This document shows positions 23,764 through 37,700 of a stretch of 64,000 nucleotides of DNA, piece after piece. The DNA lies in the IMG/VR virus record IMGVR_UViG_3300017917_001123, positions 62,001 through 126,000 of that record, one strand, 5' to 3'. The position numbers and the translations under genes were made by a program. Position 1 is the first letter of the stretch. Each line of letters opens with the position of its first letter. Below the pieces are notes generated by a model. The model searched no databases. It was given only the letters and a program-made list of their open reading frames with translations, and had not been told where the DNA came from.

Positions 23764-25735
23764 ATTTGACCATTACTTCTATGACGCCCTGTTCACCTAA
23801 CCAATCTTCTAGGGCAATACCAATTACAGCATTAGGATCATCTCCTGCCTGGAATGCTTCAGCATACCCCGGTGTATAACTTGTAACAAGTCTACTACCT
23901 TTGGTAATCTTTCCTTTAACCTTACAAGGTACTCGTCCCTTTAATGCGATATATGGATGCGTAATATTGTCGCCGGCCGCATAGTTCATCTTAAATGCTG
24001 GAGATGTTGAAACAATGCCAGCAACCTTAACATCAGCACGTACAGATGTTGTTGTAACTTCTTTGCTACCGCCAATAACAAGAACGGTTCCAGGAGCATA
24101 TTCTTTATCTGCTTCATAACGTTCTGCTAAGTCTGCGTAAGTGGCTTCTAGCGTACTTGACCCAACTAATGTCCACTGTCCAGAAATTGTTCCGTTCGAA
24201 CTTGTTAATGAACCTGCGCTAAGAGCCTGTGTTGTTACTGAAGTAGCGTTAACACCGCCGGTGCTAGTTCTTTGAACGATTGTATTGTTTGCTCCCAAAG
24301 AAGAAGCACCAATGTAACCAACGTTGTCGGTACCTAACATTGTTGTCGCTTGAACTGTTGCGCCTGTACCGACTGTCCAGTTTCCAAAGAAAGATGAAGT
24401 CGTTGGCGCAACAATGCCTGAAGACCAAAGTCTTCCATCAGCATCGCGTTGAGCAATGCTTAATGCGTTTGTTGCCGTTTGAGCATGAACATAAGAAACA
24501 TTATCAAAACTTTGTAGGTTAATTGCGTTGGTTGCTGTTATTGCTGTAGTTGCTTGAACACTACCGCCAATGATACTAGAACCCGGAGCAAGAGACCATG
24601 TTCCTTGGATTAGACCCGTTGTTGATGTACTTAAAAGATTAGCATAGACGTTTTTAGTATATACTGATCTAAAACGTTGTGTTTCTGTTCCTATGTCAAC
24701 AGGATGAACAGGAGAATTTGTCGAACCTAATGGAGAATTAGGTAGAACTAATAATGTTCCAGAAGAGTAATCTAAAGAGATTACGTTAGTTGTTGTGTTT
24801 AACGTGTTAACGTTAAAGTTAAGTCTTGTGCTTTGTAGGTTTGTTAAATTACCAACAGTATTTCCAAAAGCAGGAACAACGTGTAATTTAACAATTTTAC
24901 CAGTTCCGATTGTAACACCGTCATTCGAAGAAGTTACTAGTTCACCGTTTAGGCTTAAACTATCTCCGATGCTTCGTCTAATATATTCTTTAGCATCATA
25001 AAACGCAACAGTAGATCCTGAATTATCCTTTTCTAACATTCCCCAAGCAGAACTTGCCGCCCCAAAGAATGTCCACTGGTTAGTTAAATCAGGAAGGGCA
25101 CCAATAATTGTTTGATCAAATGTTCCGCGAACTGCTGTGTACCCTGGTAAACTAATACCTCGTTGAATGTTTAAAAACTTCTGTTGTGTATAGTATTCGG
25201 AATTTGGTTCTGGTTCGAAGGACGATTTTGAAAATGCCGCAACAACTGAACCCGGTCCGGTATCAATACTTGCTTGTAAAACTGTATAAGAATTGTTGTC
25301 ATTGCCCGGAACTAATACTCCAGCAATCTGTGACTGAAGTGCCTTAGCCGACTTTTCTGGACCAATTTTGATAAAATCTTGTCCGTTATAAACATACAGA
25401 GCTTGATCAACAGGGTCAAACCATTGGTCGCCTTGACGAAGATCGCTGGGCCTCTTATTGTCAATTTCAGTTATTGTAAGGCTTTTAAATCTTATGCCAT
25501 CATAAACTTTTAACTTTAAAGTACTTGTATCAAACCAAACTTGACCAGTAATTGGATTTGAAGGGATTCTAGAACTAGAAAAATTTTCAAGTAGTTTTAA
25601 AAAGTTTTCGTTAACAGTTTGACCGTACCCAGCATAGTTCTTACCTACAAACACTAAGTCTGTAGAAGTCTCGATCGCACCATCTTGAATGATAGCAAGT
25701 GTTGATCCGTTGGTTTTTCGTAGTGTATATGGCAT
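23762..25735 (-). CDS. baseplate/tail-fibre protein with C-terminal intramolecular-chaperone-like domain
   Basis: Shared N-terminal GKNYxGYG...ENFLxLLENF...GQxWFD domain; C-terminal ATYADLAERY...IALKGRVPCKV...IGIALE. Confidence 0.75.
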   Translation of the reverse strand: MPYTLRKTNGSTLAIIQDGAIETSTDLVFVGKNYAGYGQTVNENFLKLLENFSSSRIPSNPITGQVWFDTSTLKLKVYDGIRFKSLTITEIDNKRPSDLRQGDQWFDPVDQALYVYNGQDFIKIGPEKSAKALQSQIAGVLVPGNDNNSYTVLQASIDTGPGSVVAAFSKSSFEPEPNSEYYTQQKFLNIQRGISLPGYTAVRGTFDQTIIGALPDLTNQWTFFGAASSAWGMLEKDNSGSTVAFYDAKEYIRRSIGDSLSLNGELVTSSNDGVTIGTGKIVKLHVVPAFGNTVGNLTNLQSTRLNFNVNTLNTTTNVISLDYSSGTLLVLPNSPLGSTNSPVHPVDIGTETQRFRSVYTKNVYANLLSTSTTGLIQGTWSLAPGSSIIGGSVQATTAITATNAINLQSFDNVSYVHAQTATNALSIAQRDADGRLWSSGIVAPTTSSFFGNWTVGTGATVQATTMLGTDNVGYIGASSLGANNTIVQRTSTGGVNATSVTTQALSAGSLTSSNGTISGQWTLVGSSTLEATYADLAERYEADKEYAPGTVLVIGGSKEVTTTSVRADVKVAGIVSTSPAFKMNYAAGDNITHPYIALKGRVPCKVKGKITKGSRLVTSYTPGYAEAFQAGDDPNAVIGIALEDWLGEQGVIEVMVK

Positions 25736-25740
25736 AGTCT

Positions 25741-27846
25741 TTAATATTTAATGATAGGTAAGAGCGCCACGTTACGTGGTCTTGTTTCATCGCCGCCTGT
25801 CGAGTGCATAAAGTTTCCTCTACCATCTCTGTAACAAGTAGAACCATCTGGTTCATCTGGGCTATGATAAATGTTTGGTCCGGACCAGTCAACTTGCGGG
25901 AATCCGTATTGATCGTGACTACCGCCCTGTTCTTGGCTCAGTGTTACACCGTGTTTGTGAGATCTAAATGAATCACCTTGCGATGTACCGACAGTTCTTC
26001 CGCCATCAATGCCTCGACCTTGGTCAGCACCGCGAATAAATTCGCCACGCAAATCTGGTAGATTAAATGTGCCGCCTGCTCCGCCGTATGTATAACCAAT
26101 CGCGGCAAATAAGGCAGGATATGACGCTGTTGATTTAGCAGAGCCATCACAGACTAAGAAACCGCTCGGCGGTGTACTTGCCGCATGGTAGAATACTGTT
26201 CCTGCTGGAACAAACTCTAAACCATTAATACTACCTTGTAAAGAACTTTGAACAGCATCAATTAAACTAAGTAAGGCGTTCTTTGTGGCATCGACGTATG
26301 CCTTAACTGCTCTTTGAGTAGGCAAACGAGAATCTGAGTTAGCAGTTAGTTGAGCATCACGATCAAAACGTGATATTGAGTTAGCAAAACTATCTAATAA
26401 CTGATTAACTGTAGCACTTAAACTACCGATATTAGCAGTATCAGAAACTATGCTAGAAGAATAAACTGTATTGTACGATGACTGAGGCGATCCAATGTTA
26501 TACACTTGGTCCTGTGTAGGAATAATTGAGCCGTCTAAAGTAAGTTCGCCTGTTACGTTTAACGTAGTAAACGGATCTGCAGCAGAAACGCCGTTAGTAT
26601 AAATTGTACTAAACTTTCTTCCTGAAGACCCAATATCGTTACTACCGTCTGTTTGAGGAATAAATTCAATTCCAGAAGCTAATTGCCAATTTCCTTTAAT
26701 AGTACCTTGGTCAGCGCCAGAGTTTAAACCAAATGCATAAACATTCTTCCAACGCAACGCAGGAGCGCCTAAATCATTTCCGTTATCAGAAGCAGGTGTA
26801 AATTGACTCGATGCTTCAACTTGCCAAGAGCCAATAATGCTTCCTGATGCTAGAGCAGAGCCTGCGTTAAGATTTTTTGTATATACGTTATTAAATCGTT
26901 GTCCTGCTGAACCAATACTTTGACTTTCATTTGCGTTCGGATTTAACGAGTCTCCGTTGAACGTTAACGAGCTTCCGTTTGATGATAATGTAATAACGCC
27001 GTTACCGTGTTCAATAACAAGTTTATCAGGGAAGTTTCCGCCCTGCTCTTGGAATGAAATTTTACTATGACCAGCACTTCCAAACTGGAGCATATAGTTA
27101 TTATCAATGAACCAATTTCCTGTAATGTGCTCGTCTTGATCACGTCTAGGGTATGTCTCGTCTAACTGTTCGTGTAACCCATGAAATACTACATCAGTTG
27201 ATGTTGTTGAATAACGAGTACTCGGACTGTAATTCTTTAGAGTTAATCCTCTGTAAACGTATCCAAAACCTATAGATGATGCTTCAACGCCTCCCATAAA
27301 TGTTTCGCTACTTAGAACGCCAATTACTTCGCCGTCTAAAATAATTTTAATAACAGGATGCGGATTTAGACCGTTGTCTAAAAGTGTTTCAGAACTTAAT
27401 TTTGTTTTTCCAAAACCAGGAACTGCTTCTGGGCCGATTAGTGTGTAAGAAGATCCTGTGTTAATGAATAATTGCTGTTTTTCGGTGTTAAACCAAAAGT
27501 CTCCGGGGGCTTGACTTGAAACTATTGCTCCACTAGCAATCGATGTATCAGTTGTGGTATTAGAAAATAAAGTAACAGACAACGGGCGCCATGTTCCACC
27601 GTCGTAAATCATAGGTCTCATTACATTAGCAGACTTGTCATACCAGAGCTGACCTGCTAATGGACTTGCTGGCGGAGTTTCCTTAGAAAAGTTTTCTAAT
27701 AGATATAAAAAGTTTTCGTTTTGTTGAGCGCCATAACCAGATACGTTCTTACCAATTAAATTAATAGACAACGTTGTGTTGTCAATGATATAATCATCTA
27801 AGGCAATTAGCGCCGAACCGTCTGATTTATAAATGTTGTATGCCAT
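25741..27846 (-). CDS. tail fibre with tail-collar domain (gp12-like tip)
   Basis: Same N-terminal domain; collar PAGTV..PPSGFLVCDGS..YPALFAAIG..FNLPDLRGEFIRG; HKH metal motif; ETRPRNVALL. Confidence 0.85.
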   Translation of the reverse strand: MAYNIYKSDGSALIALDDYIIDNTTLSINLIGKNVSGYGAQQNENFLYLLENFSKETPPASPLAGQLWYDKSANVMRPMIYDGGTWRPLSVTLFSNTTTDTSIASGAIVSSQAPGDFWFNTEKQQLFINTGSSYTLIGPEAVPGFGKTKLSSETLLDNGLNPHPVIKIILDGEVIGVLSSETFMGGVEASSIGFGYVYRGLTLKNYSPSTRYSTTSTDVVFHGLHEQLDETYPRRDQDEHITGNWFIDNNYMLQFGSAGHSKISFQEQGGNFPDKLVIEHGNGVITLSSNGSSLTFNGDSLNPNANESQSIGSAGQRFNNVYTKNLNAGSALASGSIIGSWQVEASSQFTPASDNGNDLGAPALRWKNVYAFGLNSGADQGTIKGNWQLASGIEFIPQTDGSNDIGSSGRKFSTIYTNGVSAADPFTTLNVTGELTLDGSIIPTQDQVYNIGSPQSSYNTVYSSSIVSDTANIGSLSATVNQLLDSFANSISRFDRDAQLTANSDSRLPTQRAVKAYVDATKNALLSLIDAVQSSLQGSINGLEFVPAGTVFYHAASTPPSGFLVCDGSAKSTASYPALFAAIGYTYGGAGGTFNLPDLRGEFIRGADQGRGIDGGRTVGTSQGDSFRSHKHGVTLSQEQGGSHDQYGFPQVDWSGPNIYHSPDEPDGSTCYRDGRGNFMHSTGGDETRPRNVALLPIIKY

Positions 27847-27859
27847 TGTTAATTCCTAA

Positions 27860-29680
27860 TTACACAATAATCTGATCAAAAACCCACTGTCTACCTAGAA
27901 CATAAAACTGTCTAATTTCTTGTGAGCAAACTGGAGCAGTGACCGGACTTGTGATTTGTACAGTGACCGCGGTTAATACACTAACTGAGCTAGGAACATT
28001 GTCCTTATCAACTGTTTCAACTGCGTAATTGTTGTTACCTGTAACAGTCCATGACGGAATAGCATAGTTCATACAGTTAACTCTACATCTTGCGTTTTCA
28101 GGAATGTGGAATGTATCAGTTATTTGTGTGTTAAGTGGTAACATCTTTGTTAAGAAAGAAATTACAAATAAATTAATGTCTGCTACACCGGTGACATCGA
28201 TTGAAAATACAAAGTTAGTACTGTTTTTTAAGTTTTGAAGTGTGTCAACATAGTATTTTGTAACTGCTGTTGATGTACTGTCTGCCGGAGTGTTCGGCGC
28301 AAGATCGACAATTTTCTTTCCGGCTACGCTTACATTACCAATTCCTAATTTACCTAAAACAAGATCGCTAGTACCGTCTGCTACAGAAATAGTAGAAGTA
28401 GAAATTGTTAAGTTACCAACGTTAAGGGTAGTTAACAATCCAACTGATGTAAGATTAGGAGCTGTCGAAACATAGATTCCAGAAGAATCAATTACTTTTG
28501 TGTTTGCTACGTAATAACCTTTACTTGCTACTAAGTTAAGGTTGTCGTTCATTTCCCAACCAGGTACCCCAGGTCTATATAAAATTGTATGATCAATTGT
28601 TCCGTGAAGAATCATACCGCCGCCGTCGATCGACGCATCTGGTAGACTTCCTGCTGGGCTAGCAAGTTCAATGTTAATATTTTCTACTGCTAAATTTTCA
28701 ACTACAACATTGGTAGAGGCTCCTTGAACTAGTAGATTTCCTCGAACTGTTAAATCACCATTTACATCTAGAGCAGTAGCTGGTGCTTCTGTCCATACAC
28801 CAATTTTCTTTCCAACTGGGTTAATTGATAAACCTGTAACTGTACCTTCTGATTGCCCGGTAACAACAAGTTTTAACTCAGCATCCGGATATGCTGAATA
28901 AATCGTTGATGCTTCGTTAGACAGCGAATCTACATAAAGTTGAATGTTGTTAAGTTCACCAACTTGAATACCGCCGTTGTCTAAGATTGCTAACTGCCCA
29001 TTGATTGTTTGGTTTGTATCATTGCGAACAAACTTAGTACTATCAACGTTGGCGATAGAAGTAGCATTAGTTGCAGTAGCAGTAACTCTGATTCCGCTAA
29101 TGCTGTTATTAAAAGTAAGTCCGGGATTAACTTGTACAATGCCTTGATACGGAACAGCAGGAGTAAATCCTACTTCGCTTAGAATTGCTAACAATATTCC
29201 GTTGTTGTATAAACTAGAAACTGTATATGTTTTAACATCTGTTGCTAAAATTTCTTCAACTACCCATCCTGCTTTGCCTTGAACAGAGTTAAAAATAGGA
29301 CCAGCAGTAATAAAATTATTACCGTCATAAACTTTAAGTTGTTTTGCGGCTGAATCTAACCAAAGTTCGCCAGCAACTACTCCTGTTGGTACTGTTGGGC
29401 TTACGATTGGCCCGCCGACTGGCTTAAATTGATTTGTTTGATTATAAACAAACATTCGACCAAGAGCAGTATTGTACCAGAGTTGGCCAACTAACGGACT
29501 TCTTGGTTGTGTTGGGCTAGCAAAATTTTCTAATAGATGAATAAAGTTGCTGTTGTAATATGTACCATAAGCACTGACGTTCTTACCAATTAATGTCAAA
29601 CTGGTAGTTAGTTCATCTGTCTTTTGATCTGACAGATTTAGCAGTATCTTTCCGTTGGTAAGTTTAAGTGTATATGCCAT
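27860..29680 (-). CDS. baseplate/tail-fibre structural protein
   Basis: Paralogous N-terminal domain; beta-rich body. Confidence 0.75.
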   Translation of the reverse strand: MAYTLKLTNGKILLNLSDQKTDELTTSLTLIGKNVSAYGTYYNSNFIHLLENFASPTQPRSPLVGQLWYNTALGRMFVYNQTNQFKPVGGPIVSPTVPTGVVAGELWLDSAAKQLKVYDGNNFITAGPIFNSVQGKAGWVVEEILATDVKTYTVSSLYNNGILLAILSEVGFTPAVPYQGIVQVNPGLTFNNSISGIRVTATATNATSIANVDSTKFVRNDTNQTINGQLAILDNGGIQVGELNNIQLYVDSLSNEASTIYSAYPDAELKLVVTGQSEGTVTGLSINPVGKKIGVWTEAPATALDVNGDLTVRGNLLVQGASTNVVVENLAVENINIELASPAGSLPDASIDGGGMILHGTIDHTILYRPGVPGWEMNDNLNLVASKGYYVANTKVIDSSGIYVSTAPNLTSVGLLTTLNVGNLTISTSTISVADGTSDLVLGKLGIGNVSVAGKKIVDLAPNTPADSTSTAVTKYYVDTLQNLKNSTNFVFSIDVTGVADINLFVISFLTKMLPLNTQITDTFHIPENARCRVNCMNYAIPSWTVTGNNNYAVETVDKDNVPSSVSVLTAVTVQITSPVTAPVCSQEIRQFYVLGRQWVFDQIIV

Positions 29681-29684
29681 ATCT

Positions 29685-31451
29685 TTAAGTCTTAATGTAG
29701 TATTGAATGTAAACTAATCCCGATCCTAGATTAGTTTGTAAGTTAGGTACCTGGAACTGACTTCCTGTTCCACCATATGTCTGCTGAATCGCATTGTATA
29801 AAGCAGGATACTGAGTAATATTATACGATGATCCGTCGCACTTTAACCATCCTGCTGGGACAAGATTTTCAGAGCCAGCAAAAGGAACAATACATCCGGT
29901 CCATAAAGCAGTGGCATACAAGTCTTGTAGGAATTCTGCCTTAGATTGTTTTAGTAGAGTACCATTACCAATTGGATTGTTGTCAGGCAATGCCGAAGGT
30001 CTGTAAATCATTACAGAATCAGTTAACGCAGTCGTTGATGTTGATGCTTTACTATAGATTGCCTGCCCTGTTAGTGTTGTGACATGATTATATGTCCCAG
30101 GAACTCCATTAAATCCTAAATTGTTAGTATTAGCAACATCTCCACTTAAGGTAAATGTACTAGTTCCAATTAATCGAGTAGCAATAGTTGCGGTACCGGC
30201 TAGATAACCAATAAACGTATTTGAGTAGATATTACGCCAACGTTTAGTTGGGCTTCCAATATCGTAAACAGATGTAGAATAAGGAATACATGCTGTAGGA
30301 CTTGTTACAATGTCGTCACCAATTGTTAATGGGCCTACAAGGATTTGTTCATACTTACATGTTAGAGTAGAATTAACATAAACGTTCTCAGCACGAACGT
30401 CTCCAACTACGTTTAGATTGTTAGTGAATGTACTAACTCCGGACGCATAAAAAGTACCGCCAACATGTAAATCGGCGATTGCCTGCGGCGCATTAATTGC
30501 CACACGCTGTTTTTCTCCGTCAATTTTTAAAATTGTATTTTGAACATTGTTTCTAATTACTCTAAAAACAAAAGATCCACTATCGTAGGCATTTAAGAAC
30601 GTAGCATCCCTTTGGTTGTTTCTTTGTAAAATAAATGTTGGATCAAGACCAATACGTAAACCACCGTCATTACCAATACTTACAATTCCGTTGAGTCTCT
30701 GATCAATATCGTTGCGAACAAAATTGTTAGCACTAACAATCTGTTCGGCAGGAATAGTTTGTTTCAGCGCGGCTGCTTGACTAGCAACACCGTTATATTG
30801 AGCATAGCTAGGAGAAGTAACTGTACCTAAGTTCTTAGTTGATAGATTACTACCCGATCTGATGGTAGCAAACCCGTCGATAACTTGTAAAGGCGAAAAT
30901 GAATCGCGAGAAATAATTTCAACTGCGTTGTCGTCAACGTAGTTAATTACAATATTATGACTTTGACCTAGAATATCAGTTGCTGTTGTAGCATAGCTTC
31001 CAGTCTTTAATGAGCTCGAGTAGTTAGGACCGATAAGTGTAAAGTCGGCACCGTTAAAAATCTTTAATTGATTGTTTGAAGTATCGACCCAAATGTCACC
31101 AATCTGTGTATTAACTGGCTCATTTGCTTGTTGATGTACTCCGCCGACCGGATACCAGGTCGCCGCATTGGCGGTACCGTCATTGATTTTTAATTTTTTA
31201 GCATTAGGATCAGAAGTGTCAAACCACAACTGTCCTTCAATTGGGTTGTTTGGAGGACTTGAGCTAGCAAAATTTTCTAAGATATGAACAAGGTCGGTGG
31301 CGATTGCCTGTCCATATCCTGGATAATTTCGACCAACAAGAGTTAGCGAAGTATCAACAGTATTTACTGTACCTTCTTGTACAGTAATGTAGTAACCGCT
31401 AGCATCTTTAGCCGGGTCTGTAAACGTTATTCTGTAGTCACCTGTTGCCAT
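29685..31451 (-). CDS. baseplate/tail-fibre protein with C-terminal collar domain
   Basis: Paralogous N-terminal domain; TGCIVPFAG..PAGWLKCDGS..YPALY..FQVPNL. Confidence 0.8.
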   Translation of the reverse strand: MATGDYRITFTDPAKDASGYYITVQEGTVNTVDTSLTLVGRNYPGYGQAIATDLVHILENFASSSPPNNPIEGQLWFDTSDPNAKKLKINDGTANAATWYPVGGVHQQANEPVNTQIGDIWVDTSNNQLKIFNGADFTLIGPNYSSSLKTGSYATTATDILGQSHNIVINYVDDNAVEIISRDSFSPLQVIDGFATIRSGSNLSTKNLGTVTSPSYAQYNGVASQAAALKQTIPAEQIVSANNFVRNDIDQRLNGIVSIGNDGGLRIGLDPTFILQRNNQRDATFLNAYDSGSFVFRVIRNNVQNTILKIDGEKQRVAINAPQAIADLHVGGTFYASGVSTFTNNLNVVGDVRAENVYVNSTLTCKYEQILVGPLTIGDDIVTSPTACIPYSTSVYDIGSPTKRWRNIYSNTFIGYLAGTATIATRLIGTSTFTLSGDVANTNNLGFNGVPGTYNHVTTLTGQAIYSKASTSTTALTDSVMIYRPSALPDNNPIGNGTLLKQSKAEFLQDLYATALWTGCIVPFAGSENLVPAGWLKCDGSSYNITQYPALYNAIQQTYGGTGSQFQVPNLQTNLGSGLVYIQYYIKT

Positions 31452-31455
31452 ACTA

Positions 31456-32124
31456 TTATCCAGTTAATGATGTTAGACTTTGAATTCTAACGGTGTAATC
31501 AATTTGAAGCATACGGTTTAATGATTTTTGTACAGGGTGGAAAATAACGTGTGTTAGTAAATTTCCAGTGCCGGGTCCATTAGAGTTATATGCTCTTAGT
31601 CCTAGTTCATCAAAAACATAGGTACCATTGTAATCTGTAGAATTGTCAAAAGCCGCTTGTCCGCTTGGTTCGCCAAAGTCTAATAAACAACTTACTAAAA
31701 CATCAGTATAAGGTGTACCTGTAACGTGACGAATTGTCATAAAATTACGACTAGGGTCTAAGTTATCAACGCTGTTAGCATCAATAACTTTGCTGTATGT
31801 TTCATTATACAAGCTCGCATTAATACCAGAACTGTTAGGAGTTAAGTATGTAATAATCCCAGTCGGATCTACACGGCTACCTCCGTTTCCAAAGGCCATC
31901 TCACCGATAAAGCCTTGTCCTTGATTACTAATAGCTTGTGCTAGAGCAATACTAAAGTTTTCGTAGTGAATAGCATTACGCTTATCGACAAAAACTTCGT
32001 TAGTTTGCGGGTCAAAAATCTTAATATGACCTTGAATATGAAGATTTCCTTGCTCGTTAGGCTTAGATTCTTGCTGTGGTTGTGGTTGATTTTCTGTCAT
32101 TTTAGCGTCTTTTGATTCGTCCAT
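31456..32124 (-). CDS. baseplate structural protein (fibre-attachment-like)
   Basis: N-x-I...MAFGNGG...FDELGL...H..F.PVQKS...IDYTVRI pattern; location in the module. Confidence 0.65.
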   Translation of the reverse strand: MDESKDAKMTENQPQPQQESKPNEQGNLHIQGHIKIFDPQTNEVFVDKRNAIHYENFSIALAQAISNQGQGFIGEMAFGNGGSRVDPTGIITYLTPNSSGINASLYNETYSKVIDANSVDNLDPSRNFMTIRHVTGTPYTDVLVSCLLDFGEPSGQAAFDNSTDYNGTYVFDELGLRAYNSNGPGTGNLLTHVIFHPVQKSLNRMLQIDYTVRIQSLTSLTG

Positions 32125-32129
32125 AATGT

Positions 32130-32136
32130 TATTTAT
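32130..32136 (-). promoter_or_regulatory. late promoter (ATAAATA)
   Basis: T4-like late -10 box, 5 nt upstream of ATG 32124. Confidence 0.65.
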
Positions 32137-32157
32137 CGCTTAGTTAATATCAGCAGT

Positions 32158-34776
<2,619 letters not shown>

Positions 34777-34778
34777 AA

Positions 34779-37700
34779 TTAAATTCCTTCTAGCGGGTTC
34801 TCGTCTTCGTCAGTTAAAACAGCGCCTGTTTCAAGTATAATGATTGGGTCGCCTGGGTAATAATCTTCGCTTGGTAAAACTCCAGGAGTTTCTTCCAAGA
34901 ATGAAAAGACCGTAGTATTTTCAAATATCTGTCCAGTTCTCTTTGAGACAAATACTTCTACTCCGGGCTGTACATTAAATCCAAAATGTAGTACTGGATA
35001 TTCGTTATTATTAATTATCACAGAACTCATTGTGAATTGGGCGGATACGGTACTTGTGCTTGGTGTTCCGAACGAATCGTTTTGTCCAGAATCGTAAGCA
35101 ATTTCTGTATCGGTTGTAACAACAGCGTTTGAAGTCGGTTTTAACAACGGAACTCCGCCGTATAAAACTTCAAACATGTCAGTTAAAGGAGGAGCATCTA
35201 ACAACTTAGCAATTCCTGTAGTAGGATCTACCCAAGTTTTTGTTACTGTTCCAGAAACTGTAATTGATGTTAGAGTATAGACATTTGTAGTAACTGTTGA
35301 AGTAAATCTTTCAATCTCTGTTGTATCTGTTGCTGGCAGATTTTGTCCACGGCCTTGATCAATTACAAGTGTTCCAGTTGGAAGCCCATCTAATACACCT
35401 GTACCAAGTGTGCCTCTTCTTAATTGGCTTAATTCATTATTAGCAACTCTAAAGAACTCAATGCGTTCGCCGGCAATATAAACAACTCCCGGAAGATTCT
35501 TTTCAGGATTTGGCGGAGTTAATACTCCAGCATTATCTACAAAAATCTTAGAGTCGGTTGCAATTAACGGTTGAGTTAACTTTGTTGAATATGCCGAGCT
35601 TAAACGCTTGTAGCTTGTTCTTCCTAAAATGTCTGTAAACATTCTATAAGAAATTGCTCCTTTGTATGCGTTGTCTGATAGGCTCATAATTACAACCTTA
35701 TCAGTAGAACTATTGTAAAAATCATCTCTAACTTTTACAGTAACGAGGTCTTCATCTACTGAGTAGTCTAAGTCATTAATTAATGGCTTACCGTTATATT
35801 CAACCCAAACATAATTCGTATTAACAATTGGACGGCTCATGACGTATTTGCCTGCTCTGTTTCCAGCAAATCTTTCTTTGCGAATCTTACTACCATCGTG
35901 GTTAGTAAATGTAACAACTCGCATAGTATCAGCGCCGGCTTGAGCTCGGGGAACGTTAACAAGAACCAATTGTCCTGCTTCTATTTTATATTGGTGTCCA
36001 GAAAGAACCGCAATAGCAATAGCATCTCCAGTAGAAACTTTCTCTGCCGGGAACAGTACTCTAGTTGGAGGAGGAGTTAGTTGGAAGTCAACTCCTGGAA
36101 CCAATTTTTCACCGTTACGATATACTTCGGTGTTTACTAAAGTTGCCTGACCGGCAATTAACGGATCGTTGGGGTCTACATCAAATTCAACCTGACCCGG
36201 TTCAACAACATAGTAGCTTACCTGTGGCGGAAGTAATCTGCGGCCATTCCACTCAACAATAACTTGGCTATGATGCGGTTGGATAACTCCAGGGGGTTGA
36301 GATAGAGTAAATGAGTCTTGTTGAATATTAACGTTTTGGAATATTTGCTCATGAACCTGACTAAACGCTTTAGGATCTTGATTAAATGCCCAAACTTGAA
36401 TTTCTTTTGTACCAATGGTGTTATGTAAAACTCTAATAGCACCCTTAGGTGTTTTGTTTTTTGCTCGACCAGGTGCGGCTTCAACTACAAAGTCTGTCCA
36501 CTCAGTACCGTTAACTACAACATACGCATCCTTAATGTTCTTAAGGGCAACGGCAGAGACAACAGTAGTCGAAGTAGAACCCGGCTGACTCTTAACAATT
36601 TGGTAGTCAACTAATCCTTGACCCCCAAGAGTCATAGCAGAAACACTTAACCAAGTTGCTCCAGGAACAGCCTGTGTTAGTGTAATTGTGTTAGCAATTG
36701 GGTTAACTGTGTAATCAACTGCGTATCTTAGAGGCTTAACATCTGTAAGAACAAATACCGATGCTGTACTAGCAACTTTAATGCCTAATGGATATGTTGG
36801 GCTACCGCCTAGTTCGAATCGACGATTAACAATTAATGGACTTGCTTCTGATTTTTGCTCAAATACAGAGATACCAACAGACTCTTGAATTTGTCCAGGA
36901 AGCATTTCTTCAGGAGCATAACTGCTTGTTGGGTCGATGAACTTATATCCGTCAATAACAATATCGCTCGGAGCAATACCAAGAATTACGGAGTCTAAAT
37001 CTCCTCCAGATATAACAGCATCTAGAGCATCAGGATCCGCAGGAAGAACAGTTCCATCACTAGATTGATCACGGAATGTGATAATGTTAGACGATACTGT
37101 ACTAAAATATGTTAATGGAACATATACTGTCGACGTCGAACCTTGACCAACAATAGTCGGAATTACTGCGGTGCTTGTACTTTGATCAATACGAACATTT
37201 ACACCAGTTCCTGTGTTTATATAAACATTAATAAACGTTCCTGTGCTAACATTAAAAGGTGTTGTAACAGGAACATTACCGTCTAACAAGAATAAAACTT
37301 GATTATCTAAAGAGTTCTTTCTTGAAGTCCAATATCCCAATTGTCCCTGAGCTTGTGCTAACTGGCTTAACAAATATTGATAGCCAGGATTTGGCACAAA
37401 CTGATTTGGGCCCACTGGAATAAATGGTGATGTAACTGAAAGATCTTGATTAAGTTGATTAATTCTAGACGTCCAGAACCCAACTTCAAAATCTGCGTTT
37501 GCGGCTTGAGCTTGTAAGTCAACTAGTTGACTAGCGTAACCTAGTTGTGGATCTTTAACTACACCATAGTTTGTTTCGCTAGCATAACTGTCCCACGCTC
37601 CTTCCCACCATTTTAAAGTATCCCAAGCACTAGAATAGCTGAAAGGTAGAGTATCGACTTTAACTCCGCCATAGCTTAAACCTGTCATTAACTGGTCAGG

